DNA of 64,000 bases, from positions 75,938 to 139,937 of the forward strand of contig CAAEVK010000012.1 in the NCBI GenBank assembly GCA_900759475.1, in the 5' to 3' direction. The DNA comes from Clostridia bacterium (GTDB lineage: Bacteria; Bacillota; Clostridia; TANB77; CAG-508). Shown here in pieces: positions 22,850 through 33,108 of the stretch. The notes beneath the pieces were generated by a model that worked only from the letters and a program-made list of their open reading frames with translations, was not told where the DNA came from and ran no database searches. Each line of letters starts with the position of its first letter. The stretch's first letter is position 1. The position numbers were made by a program, and so were the translations under genes.

Positions 22850-24223
22850 TTATAAGCCTGCTGCCGAGAATAAGAATGTACCCATATATGCTTGGATAAG
22901 TGGAACTATTACAACAAGCACAAAGAAAATTAGTACAACTCCAACAATAGAATATACAACTTGTGGCATTACTTTCATAATTTTTTCTAAAATATGATTT
23001 ATATCTATTTTTAAATATTCTAACATTTTATTCATCATTTCTGAAAGATCTGTTTGCATTCCAATTTTTAACATTTCTGTCGTCATTGGGCTAGACAATT
23101 CCGATTTTTCAAATGGCTCAATCCATGATTGACCTATTATAATATTATTGATAGAACTTTCTATCATAGATAGCATAACATAATTTGATACTACATTTTT
23201 ACTAATTTCTAGTGCTTCTTGTATTCTCATACCATTATCAATATTTAATAGTACTGCCTTCATTAATCTTTCGAAATCTAAAGCATAAATTAATTTTCCA
23301 AAAATCGGCATGGTATATTTAAAATAATGAAAATTGTATTTTCCTCTTGGAGTTCGAATATAGGCTATAATAGTAAATGCCGCACCAAAAATAAGAAGTA
23401 TTGGTATATACCAAAATTCTATAACCGTATCTAGAAAATTAGAAAACCATATTGTAATTTCTGGTAAGGTATCTTTAGATCCAACTTTGTCGAAAGTATC
23501 TTGTACCATTGGTACTGCAAACAATGTACCCAATATTAAGAGCACAAGAATTCCTACAAACTGTATTATATTTGGCAATAATATATCTTTTACTTTTTTA
23601 GATATTGCTGAAGATTCATCTAAATATTTAATGGCTTGTTCTAATGACCTTGTAAGAGATCCTGAAAGTTCTCCAACTTTTATCATATTAATATAAATAT
23701 AAGGAAAGATTTCTGTATAGTATTCCATAGTTACATACATATTTTCCCCAGCTTCTACACCTGCTAATATGTCTTCTAAAATTCCTCGAAATGATAATTT
23801 TTCTGTACCCTCTATAATAGTATTTAGGGCATGAATATTATTAAAATTTGCTTTTTTTAGTAAATAAAAATTTTGTGTAAAAATCATTAAATCTCTTGTT
23901 GTAATTTTTTCTGTATGTGATGTCCATAAGGCTATTTTTTCTTTCAAAGTTAACTTTCTAGTATTTCTTTTATTTTCTATATCTGTTGTATTTACTTTTT
24001 TTAGTATACTATCTACATCTTGTATATTCTTTTTTTTCTTTTTTTGAACTCTCTGTCCAGAAACCCCAATATTTGATTGAACAACCGAAATGGGTATTAA
24101 CCCGTTTCGTTTTAATTTTTTTATTAAATTTATCCTGCTGCTATCTTCTACTTTATTTTTTACTTCTTGTCCATTTTTTGTTACTGCTCGATAAATATAT
24201 GTTGGCATTGAAGTGTCCTCCAT
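22850..24223 (-). CDS. pilC: type IV pilus assembly platform protein PilC (GspF family)
   Basis: 457 aa. Duplicated T2SS-F domain with three TM regions. Confidence 0.8.
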   Translation of the reverse strand: MEDTSMPTYIYRAVTKNGQEVKNKVEDSSRINLIKKLKRNGLIPISVVQSNIGVSGQRVQKKKKKNIQDVDSILKKVNTTDIENKRNTRKLTLKEKIALWTSHTEKITTRDLMIFTQNFYLLKKANFNNIHALNTIIEGTEKLSFRGILEDILAGVEAGENMYVTMEYYTEIFPYIYINMIKVGELSGSLTRSLEQAIKYLDESSAISKKVKDILLPNIIQFVGILVLLILGTLFAVPMVQDTFDKVGSKDTLPEITIWFSNFLDTVIEFWYIPILLIFGAAFTIIAYIRTPRGKYNFHYFKYTMPIFGKLIYALDFERLMKAVLLNIDNGMRIQEALEISKNVVSNYVMLSMIESSINNIIIGQSWIEPFEKSELSSPMTTEMLKIGMQTDLSEMMNKMLEYLKIDINHILEKIMKVMPQVVYSIVGVVLIFFVLVVIVPLIQAYMGTFLFSAAGL

Positions 24224-24285
24224 TTTTATAATATTTCTTAAATAAATATCATTCTATTTTCCGATTTAGTACATAAGTCGTTACT

Positions 24286-25383
24286 TTATTGTTTTTTTAT
24301 TTTCATTTGCATAATTGTTCTATTTAATGTTTCTATATTTTTTTCTTCTATTTGACTTCTTGCTTGTTCCAATGTAATTTTTTCTTCTACAAACAATTTT
24401 GCAATAGAATTAATTAAGCTGACATTTCCTTTATCAACGTTACTTTGCATTGCATCTTCTAGTTCAGATACACTAAACTTTTCTTTTCTAATACAACCTG
24501 CAATAACGTTATCTACAACCATAACTTCTGGCATAAGAACTAACTCATTATTAGTGCCTCTTAATAGCCTTTGTGAAATAACCAATTTTAATAAGGTTGA
24601 TATTAAATATTTTACTGTTGTTTGATCTCTTATTTCATAGAAATTAATCATTCTATCAATTGTTTCTGCACAAGATTTTGTGTGTAATGTTCCAATTACT
24701 AAATGACCAGATTCTGCCATTTCTATAGCTGCTTCCATTGTATTTTTATCTCTAATCTCTCCAATTACTAAAATGTCACAATCCTCTCTTAAAGAGTTTT
24801 TAACACCATCACTAAAATTTAATATATCTCCACCCATTCCTACTTCTTTTTGAATAACAATAGACTTTTTGCTTGTATGTTTAAATTCTATTGGGTTTTC
24901 TAGTGTCATTATTTTCTTATTCTGATTTTCATTAATTTCGTTAATTAATGCATTTAATGTTGTTGTTTTACCAGAGTTTGTTTTACCAGTTACTAAAATT
25001 AATCCTTGTGGTTGTAATGTCATTCTTCTTACAATATCTGGGACTCCTAGTTCTTCGAATTTTGGTAATGTGTTTTTTATAATTCTTAATGTCATTATTG
25101 GTATTCCGTTTGAATACGATACATTAATTCTAAAACGAATATTTTCATATTCATAAGAAGTATCTAATTTTTTTGTTTTTCTGTAAATTTCATCTTTTTC
25201 TATATTGCCCCTAATAAAATAATCGTATATTTCATACATATCTTCTTCTTTAATAACTGCAAAATCTTCTACTTCTTGTAATATTCTTTTAATTCTAAAT
25301 TTTGGTTTTAATCCACAAATCAAATGAATATCTGAAGCATCTTTTTCTATTGCTATTTTTAAGATTTTTTCTATTTCTATCAT
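24286..25383 (-). CDS. pilT: twitching-motility retraction ATPase PilT
   Basis: 365 aa. Walker A GKTNSGKTTT and the PilT Asp box and His box. Confidence 0.85.
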   Translation of the reverse strand: MIEIEKILKIAIEKDASDIHLICGLKPKFRIKRILQEVEDFAVIKEEDMYEIYDYFIRGNIEKDEIYRKTKKLDTSYEYENIRFRINVSYSNGIPIMTLRIIKNTLPKFEELGVPDIVRRMTLQPQGLILVTGKTNSGKTTTLNALINEINENQNKKIMTLENPIEFKHTSKKSIVIQKEVGMGGDILNFSDGVKNSLREDCDILVIGEIRDKNTMEAAIEMAESGHLVIGTLHTKSCAETIDRMINFYEIRDQTTVKYLISTLLKLVISQRLLRGTNNELVLMPEVMVVDNVIAGCIRKEKFSVSELEDAMQSNVDKGNVSLINSIAKLFVEEKITLEQARSQIEEKNIETLNRTIMQMKIKKQ

Positions 25384-25400
25384 TGGTTTTCCTCCTAAAA

Positions 25401-27031
25401 TTAAAATACTAAAAGCTTTTTATTAATTTCATTTAAATTTGTTTGACCTTCTATTACTTTGTTGATTCCATCAACAATTAAAGGTTTATATCCATGATGA
25501 ATTGCTTCATTTTTTATTTCAAAACTTGATGCATTTTTAATAATTAATTCTTTTATTACGTCATCTAAAGATAAAATCTCAAAAATACCAATTCTATCAT
25601 AATATCCTATATTGTTACAAAATTTACAACCTACAGCATCATAAGTTTTCAGACCGTCTATGTTAAATTCTACATTATACTTCTTTCCTATAGAAGTAAT
25701 AATTTCTTTTTCTTGGTCTGTATAATTTCTTTCTTTTTTGCACTTTGGACACAATCTTCTTACTAATCTTTGTGATATAGATGTAGCTAAAGTACTTGCT
25801 ATATCATAATTTGATATTCCGCAATTTTCTTAATCTAGAAATTACCTCTACACTATCTATTGTATGTATAGTAGACAATACATAGTGTCCTGTCTGCCCT
25901 GATTGCATTGCAATTTCTGCTGTTTCTAAGTCTCGAATTTCCCCTACTAAAATAATGTCAGGGTCTTGTCTTAGAACTGTTCGTAATGAATCAGAAAAAG
26001 TTGCTTTTGCATCAATTTCAATTTGGTTTAATCCTGGAATTCTAATTTCTACTGGATCTTCAATTGTTGTAACATTAATATTAGGACTATTTAAATAGTC
26101 AATAATACTATATAATGTTGTTGTTTTTCCTTCTCCTGTTGGTGCCGCCACAATTGTAATACTATTTCGTTTGTTAAAACTTTTTTCTACCAAAATAGGG
26201 TCATTTGGAAAACCTAACTCAAATATTCTTTTTACATTTGCATTCTTCTTTAATAATCTTAAAACAAATTTTTCTCCATTAATATTTTTTTGTGATGAAA
26301 CACGAATATTGTAATCTGGATAAATTAAAATTCTACCATCTTGTGATTCTTGTTTTTCTTGATGCATATTAGATATTGCTTTTAATCTTCCTATAATTTG
26401 TGATTGCTTTTCTTTAGAAATGCTTGCTACATTATGTAATTCGCCATCAATTCTATAGCGAACTCTTACTTCATTTTCTAAAGGCTCTATATGAATATCA
26501 CTTGCTCTTTTTTCCATTCCAGTTTTAACAATGTTATCTATTAATGTAGTAACGTCCTTGCCAACCATAATATTCTCTGTTGCTGTTCCCTCGAAACTCT
26601 TTAATATTGTTTCTATATTGCTTTCAAAAGTAATGTATTTTTCCATGATTAATCCTTTATTTAATAAAAGAAGTCTTACTGTATCCATTGCTCTTTTATT
26701 AGTAGTATCTGCAAAGCATACTTTTATCCTTCCATTTTGTATTTCAAATGGAATTGCTTTATTTTGTTTAGCAACATCTAAAGAAATATAGTCAGTCAAA
26801 TTAATGGTAATATCTGCATATCTTAATATAATTCCTTTTTCTCCTAAAACATCCCCCATTGCTTCTATTAAAGCATTTTTATCTCCAATATTTAATATAT
26901 TTAGTATATCTCCTATTTTTTTTCCGAGGATGTTCTCTTTGATACTCTAGAGCTCTTTCTATGTCATCTTGTGTAACAATTCCTCTACGGACTAATTCTA
27001 TTCCTATAGGATTCCTTCTATTTTCTGCCAT
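25401..27031 (-). CDS. pilB: type IV pilus assembly ATPase PilB (GspE family), frame broken by two extra C (26926 and 25821)
   Basis: T2SSE_N-like N-terminus (MAENRRNPIGIELV...), Walker A APTGEGKTTT, and a C-terminal CPKC zinc motif. CCT-C-GGA and TTG-C-GGA each create a shift. Removing both gives one 542-codon frame. Confidence 0.8.
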
Positions 27032-27147
27032 ATTTTTGTACTCCTTTCTTTTGTATACTTTTATTATATCTCTTTTTTTATTTTTTTCATATATTTTTAT
27101 ACAAATTTCATAAAATTACCAATTTGCTTTTTATTGTATCTAAATTT

Positions 27148-28999
27148 TTATTTTCCTATTAGTACAACACGAAAACCAGCATACTCATTACATGCTCCGT
27201 TGGTAGGATAAAATGCAAAAATTCCTCCATTTGTTGCTATACTTCCAAAAGAACCTCCGCGAACTAAAAATGTACGTTCTTGATAAGCAAATTCCGAATG
27301 ATCATTGTTCCAACTTGTGTAACCTTCTCCCATTGTTGATGTTTCTAGTATAGCATCTCCATAACCATATTCTGTTGTTTTTAATTGATTATATCTATTC
27401 CAGTTATTGTTAGCATTATCTAATAAAGAATCATATGGATATATAGTAACATCTTTTGTGCTTTTTGTTTTATATGCTTCTTCATCAGCTCCTTCAACTG
27501 AAACATAAGAATTTCCATATTTCAATAACGAATCATTCCCATTAGAAATATATCCTGTTACAAATTCCCATACACATCCGTTTAAATCAAATACGCCACT
27601 CATGTTATTGGTACTACTTGCACTCACTCCATTTGCAACATTTCCTGCATAGCCTGTTACTGCATAAACATTTTTGTTATCCTTATTGTTTAGATTTTTT
27701 GTGTTTTGTACTACTTCTACACCATTTTTTCCATATTTACTTTGTGTTAAATATACAACAGCTCCCCACTCACTGTTTTTCATCATATGACTCTGTGTTT
27801 GGTTGCTATTTAATCCATAAAAACCACTTGTTTCAGCAATTTTTTGTGAAATTGTATAGCAATCTCCTGTACTAATTAAATTATAACTATATGTTAATGG
27901 TTTAAATACTGGATAAGATATTCTTTGTGTTGCATAAGAATTAGAAGATAAATCTTGTCCTAATGCATTATGGGTATTACTATTATTATAACTTGTATAA
28001 GCTTCTTCACTATAAATAATATTTTGGGATGTTGGATAAATTTCCTCTCCATTGGCTTTATGTGTAATTGTTGAATCTTGGAATCCAGCTACATATTTTG
28101 CTACCCAAAATCCATTAATTTCTTCGTTCCATTCCCCATTCGTATAATTTGTATTGGTTCCATTGGTAAAACTTGGATGTACTTTATATCCTTCTTTTTG
28201 TATAATATCTTTTATTTCTGGAACATAATCTATTTTTTCTGTGCCATCTTCGTTTGTTTCAACTACTTTGGTTTCTTCTAAATAATAATTGGTATTTCCA
28301 TATAAAAATTCAATATCTATTGTTTGGTTTGTAATTTTATATGCATATCGTGGTATCCATACAAACATACTTCCTGGTGTTGCTATTTTTTCGCCTACTA
28401 AATCTTTTTTATTTTCTTCCGTTACTTTTTTTCCACTACCGGGTTATTATTCCATCTAAAAGCATTACATTGGCCCATTCATTACTATAATAATTATACC
28501 AATTTGCACTGTCACTAGAAGCAATTACCCAGTATCCTCCTTGTTCCTCCTCTACATATCTTACTGGAACCATTCCCTCCTGCACATCAGGAGCATTTGG
28601 TATTACAGAATTATCTCTTACTTTTGTTTTTTTAAGTTCTATACTTTTTAAATTTTGTCCAACATAATAATTAATTGTAATATTTACTATTTTTATTGTA
28701 TTTTCCGAATTTGTTTCTACTGTTACTTGCTTGTTATATCCTTTTCCAGTTTCTATATCCAATAAATTTTCAGTTGTTACTTCTTCAAATAATAATTGAT
28801 CTATTTTTTCAGCTATTTGCGTAGAATACATCATTGCAGCTGAATACCTTTTTGATTCCATAAAAGAAAGGTAAATATTCATAAAAATTGTACTAATCAT
28901 TCCTATAAAAATTATCATAATTAGTATAGCAACAGAAAGCTCCGCTACTGTGAAGCCTTTCTCATTTTTCATTAATATACCTCTTTTATTTTTAAGCAT
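27148..28999 (-). CDS. prepilin-type protein with a C-terminal FGE-sulfatase/SUMF1-like domain, frame broken by one extra C (28441)
   Basis: N-terminus KGFTVAELSVAIL is a class III signal (G/FTxxE) plus a TM helix. C-terminus has SGVFDLNGCVWEF and RGGSFGS...GFRVV, the FGE-family signatures. ACC-C-GGT reads T R stop. Without the C there is a single 616-aa protein. Confidence 0.7.
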
Positions 29000-29015
29000 A
29001 AAATCTCACCTTAAT

Positions 29016-29786
29016 TTAACAAATTAAAAAATTTTGCAAAATTATCATACAAAGATTACTTATACAAAGATAAAAACCAATTGGTAGTTTTTTCTTTTGT
29101 TTGTTCTCTTTGCTAATAAACTTGATTCCAATAATTAATAAAGTTAGTATTGCTGTATATAACATGCATTCTTTAGTAGAAAATAAAGTTATATATGCAT
29201 ATAAAATTAAAATATCTATTGTATAGTTATTTTTTTTGCTTTTTTTTAGTTGAACAATATTAATTATTGTCAGTAAAATAATAAAGAATAAACATATACC
29301 ATATTTATATAAATTAGCTTTTCCTAATATATATAAATATAGCATATACATTGTAAAAAAAATAATTCCCCAAATAATAACTGACTTTTGAATAGAAACA
29401 TATTCTCTATCAATTCCTGCAATTAATACAAGAGTAACAAAATAAAACATAGCAAAAATAAAATAAACTATTTTGTCTATTTCTATAGTAGTAAAATTTA
29501 ATTTTATAGATATTGCAAATAAGACCAATGCTATTCCTGAAAAAATTTCTATAATGAAATATCTTGGTCTAATTTTTTGATGACAATATTTACATTTTCC
29601 TTTTAAAAAAATATAACTAAAAACAGGAAATAAATCTAAAAGTCCTAATTTGTGTTTACAATTAGGACAATAGGATCTTTCATATGTAATGTTTTGCTTT
29701 AAAGGAATTCTATAAATTGCTAATGTGCAAAAACTGCCCAAAAATGTTCCTGTAATAAAAATAATACTATAAATAAAAAATTCCAT
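29016..29786 (-). CDS. pilD: prepilin peptidase (A24 family)
   Basis: 256 aa. N-terminal CPNC...CKYC zinc motif and polytopic membrane domains. Confidence 0.8.
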   Translation of the reverse strand: MEFFIYSIIFITGTFLGSFCTLAIYRIPLKQNITYERSYCPNCKHKLGLLDLFPVFSYIFLKGKCKYCHQKIRPRYFIIEIFSGIALVLFAISIKLNFTTIEIDKIVYFIFAMFYFVTLVLIAGIDREYVSIQKSVIIWGIIFFTMYMLYLYILGKANLYKYGICLFFIILLTIINIVQLKKSKKNNYTIDILILYAYITLFSTKECMLYTAILTLLIIGIKFISKENKQKKKLPIGFYLCISNLCMIILQNFLIC

Positions 29787-29854
29787 ATTATCCCTTTTTT
29801 AAATTTCTAGGCATATACATAAAAATGTATATGCCTATGAAATTATCTGTTTAG

Positions 29855-30070
29855 TTATGGTGTATGAGTATTAAGGTAATTTAATGCATTATTAATTGCT
29901 TCACCTTCTTGGTTTACTTTATTGTTCCATTCAGTTACAGCATTATTAGCATGATTAAATAAATCTCCTTGATTTACAGCTAATGTAATAGCAACTCCAG
30001 CTAAAATTAGTAATACAATAATTGTAATTACCAAAGCTACTAAAGTAATACCCTTTTGATTTTTAAACAT
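29855..30070 (-). CDS. small pilin-like protein (71 aa)
   Basis: KGITLVALVITII hydrophobic N-terminal helix in a pilin-like position. It lacks the canonical Glu+5 (A instead). Confidence 0.5.
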   Translation of the reverse strand: MFKNQKGITLVALVITIIVLLILAGVAITLAVNQGDLFNHANNAVTEWNNKVNQEGEAINNALNYLNTHTP

Positions 30071-30130
30071 AAGACTTCCTCCTTTATATATTTTTTTGTA
30101 TATATTTAATAAATAAATATAACCTAAATT

Positions 30131-30523
30131 TTATTTTCCTACAGTATTAAAAAGATGCTCCTCGTTGGAATTTGTATTATCATTGCCTGTTGTTATATTA
30201 TTGTCAACTGCAGTATTATTTGTATTAGTTTGACTAGGCATTGCAAAAGGATTTGATTTTCCTTTGTCATAAATACCTATATTTTCATATTTCTTTAAAT
30301 CACTTGTTGTTATTTCATATATTGTTGTCTGTGTAACAAGCTCTTGTACTTCATTTTCTGTTTCTAATTCATTTTTTATGTTTTCTGGTACTGTATAAGA
30401 AATTTTTGTTGGAATAACTTTTGTGATTGGAATATATTCATAAAATACAATTCCTAATACAAGTATAACTGCAATACATAATAATAAAATAATACAAGTT
30501 TCTCTTATAATTATTTTTTTCAT
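30131..30523 (-). CDS. pilus-locus membrane protein (single TM, Asn/Thr-rich tail)
   Basis: 130-aa ORF with one TM helix, in the operon context. Confidence 0.4.
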   Translation of the reverse strand: MKKIIIRETCIILLLCIAVILVLGIVFYEYIPITKVIPTKISYTVPENIKNELETENEVQELVTQTTIYEITTSDLKKYENIGIYDKGKSNPFAMPSQTNTNNTAVDNNITTGNDNTNSNEEHLFNTVGK

Positions 30524-30555
30524 ATTTCCTCCTACTTAAGCTTAATAGTATTTAC

Positions 30556-31257
30556 TTAACTATTTGTATTATTAGTTGTATTTGTTGTGTTTGCATTAAT
30601 TGGAATAGTATTTGTTTCATTTGTAGCTGTATTATTTGTATCTGTTGGATTTACTATTGTTGGATTTGTAATAGAGTTATCTACATCTAGCCTTATTCCT
30701 TTAACATCAAATTCTGCTTTTAAAATTTCTGTACTATCATTTGGTAACATTGTAAAGTTTTCTATTCTAAAATACAAATCTTTATCATTTTCAATATCTC
30801 TTAAAAATTCTGATATAGAATAATATTTTCCTTTTACAATAAAGTGTAAATCTCCTGTTTCTTCAATAGTTCCAGTCATATATTGTAATGTTAAGTCAAT
30901 TCCTTCTTTGGTAGCATAATTTCCTAACTTAACAGATAAAAAAGATTGCTTAAATTCTGCAATTTGTTTTGCTTTTTGAACTTCTTCCGGAGTAGAATAA
31001 GCTATTTTATCTTGATATTGTTCTCTTTCTGTTAATAATCTCTTGGCACTTGTATTCAAGTCACTCATTTTTCCTTGATATGTTGTAGTTGTAATAACAC
31101 TTGCTTCTGCAATTTGTTTGGTAAGTTCTTCATTTGCTTGCTGTATTTCTTTATAAGAATAAATTTGAAAACTTCCAATTTTTATTCCTCTTATTACAAT
31201 AGTTACCATTAAAACAATTAACAAAAACATTAAAAATATCATTAATAATTTTCTCAT
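30556..31257 (-). CDS. PilO/PilN-like pilus assembly protein
   Basis: 233 aa. N-terminal TM helix, coiled coil and periplasmic-type domain. Overlaps the pilM stop. Confidence 0.5.
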   Translation of the reverse strand: MRKLLMIFLMFLLIVLMVTIVIRGIKIGSFQIYSYKEIQQANEELTKQIAEASVITTTTYQGKMSDLNTSAKRLLTEREQYQDKIAYSTPEEVQKAKQIAEFKQSFLSVKLGNYATKEGIDLTLQYMTGTIEETGDLHFIVKGKYYSISEFLRDIENDKDLYFRIENFTMLPNDSTEILKAEFDVKGIRLDVDNSITNPTIVNPTDTNNTATNETNTIPINANTTNTTNNTNS

Positions 31258-32888
31258 GGCATATCTCCTTCTATTGTAATGATAATCATGTTGTCTTGTT
31301 TAACACTACTATTTGATTTAACATTTAGTAATGTTTCTCCTGCCTCTAATGTTCCTATAAATAGTCCAAGGCTTGTATAGTCTAAAGACCTTGCAGTAAT
31401 AGTAATATGCTTGCTTTGTGTGTTTTGTATTTTTAATATTTGTACATTTTTTGGTATAGATGACATAATATTGATTAATAAGTTTGGTATACTATTTTTA
31501 AAGCTATTTTTTTCCTGTATTTGAGCATTTATATTTTCTAAATTTTTAATTAATTGTGTATATTCACTAGTTTTACTATTTAATTTTTGAATATCTGCTT
31601 CTATTGCTTGTATTTGTTTATTACTTTCTGCAATTACTAAATTTGCTTCTTTATTTTTGTCTTGTATCATATTGGCAATTACTGTAGACACAATTACATA
31701 AAAAATTATCGTAAAAATAATAGTAGAACAACCTCGTAATAGACTTCTCTCTATATGATCTAGTTCTCCTTTCAAGTCTAAATTTAAATGAAATTTATCA
31801 CTTTTACTAGTCAATTTTTCTTTTTTTAGTCCTTGAATAGATATATCTTTATTGAATATTTCCTTTATTTTATCTCCTGCTTTAATAGTCTTAAAGTTTA
31901 TTTTTTTAATTCCTTGTCCTAATCCTTGTAATGCCAATGCTATTGCTGAATTTACCTCTATATAATCCTTTATATTAATTTGTGTCATAGATATATTTTT
32001 AGTAAAGTAAGGTTTTAAGACTTCACATTTGATGTCTAAAAAAGATTCTTGGAAATATAAATCAATATTGTTAATCAATGCGCCTGTTCCTGAAATATAT
32101 ATTTTATCTATAGGGAAAAGATACTCTGAAACAATATTTTTTACCTCTGATATAATATTGTATAATGTAGGCATAATATCTTCTAAATATTCATTTTGTT
32201 CTTCCTGAAGTTCTTTTCCTTCTGCTGTATAAATTGTTGTATTTTTTAATATATCGTATACTTTTGCATAAGAATTTTCTTTTTGATTAATTGCCTCTAG
32301 AACTTTATTCATGCCATTTTCTAAAACAACTACTCGGTTAATTTGTCCATTAATAATAATAGTAGCTGTAGCTCGTTCTTCTAAATTAATAATGAGTGCA
32401 TTTTCCTTTACACCAATTTCAATATTGTTTGCTATTGCTAAAGGTAATGGTGCCATTGTTCTTAAATTGTATTTTTGAAATTGTTGAATTTTTTTAACAA
32501 TCTCTGTTTTGTTTAAAGAAATATGCATGGCTGTTATTTTGTCTTTGTTTTCTATATTATTAACTAAAACATTTCTACTATCTAAAGTATTTTTATTGTA
32601 ACCTTTTTCTTCGCATAGTAATTCAAATTCAGTATCAATTGCTTTTTCCATGTCTTTTTCACTTAGCATACTAAACATTTCAAAATAATTGTACTGTTCA
32701 TTGGTAGTATTAATGCTAATTGGAATTCTATAGCTCAATGTTTCATTAACAATTTGTTCTATTGTTTGCTCTAATTGCTCATAAAATTTAATGCCAAAGG
32801 TTTCTAGCTTAACAACGTCACGTTCTTCAGAAACTTTCGCATATTTAATTATGTTGTCTTCAATATATATACCTAAGTAACTTGACAT
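31254..32888 (-). CDS. pilM: PilM-like actin-fold protein fused to a PilN-like TM/coiled-coil region
   Basis: 544 aa. Actin-like ATPase fold at the N-terminus, then a TM segment and coiled coil. Confidence 0.6.
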   Translation of the reverse strand: MSSYLGIYIEDNIIKYAKVSEERDVVKLETFGIKFYEQLEQTIEQIVNETLSYRIPISINTTNEQYNYFEMFSMLSEKDMEKAIDTEFELLCEEKGYNKNTLDSRNVLVNNIENKDKITAMHISLNKTEIVKKIQQFQKYNLRTMAPLPLAIANNIEIGVKENALIINLEERATATIIINGQINRVVVLENGMNKVLEAINQKENSYAKVYDILKNTTIYTAEGKELQEEQNEYLEDIMPTLYNIISEVKNIVSEYLFPIDKIYISGTGALINNIDLYFQESFLDIKCEVLKPYFTKNISMTQINIKDYIEVNSAIALALQGLGQGIKKINFKTIKAGDKIKEIFNKDISIQGLKKEKLTSKSDKFHLNLDLKGELDHIERSLLRGCSTIIFTIIFYVIVSTVIANMIQDKNKEANLVIAESNKQIQAIEADIQKLNSKTSEYTQLIKNLENINAQIQEKNSFKNSIPNLLINIMSSIPKNVQILKIQNTQSKHITITARSLDYTSLGLFIGTLEAGETLLNVKSNSSVKQDNMIIITIEGDMP

Positions 32889-33108
32889 TTTTTTCTCCTT
32901 TGGTATTTATTTTTACTTATATTTTTTGTCATATCTCATTTTCAATACGATGTATTTTTTTTATTTCTTACATTTTTTTTGTTTTTTTTACAGTAAAATC
33001 CTTTTTATATTAATTATGTTTGTCAATATATTTATTATTTTATCTTTTTTGTAGAAAATGTCAATATCTTTAATTGATATGTAATATATTTGTAATATTG
33101 TTGTAATA

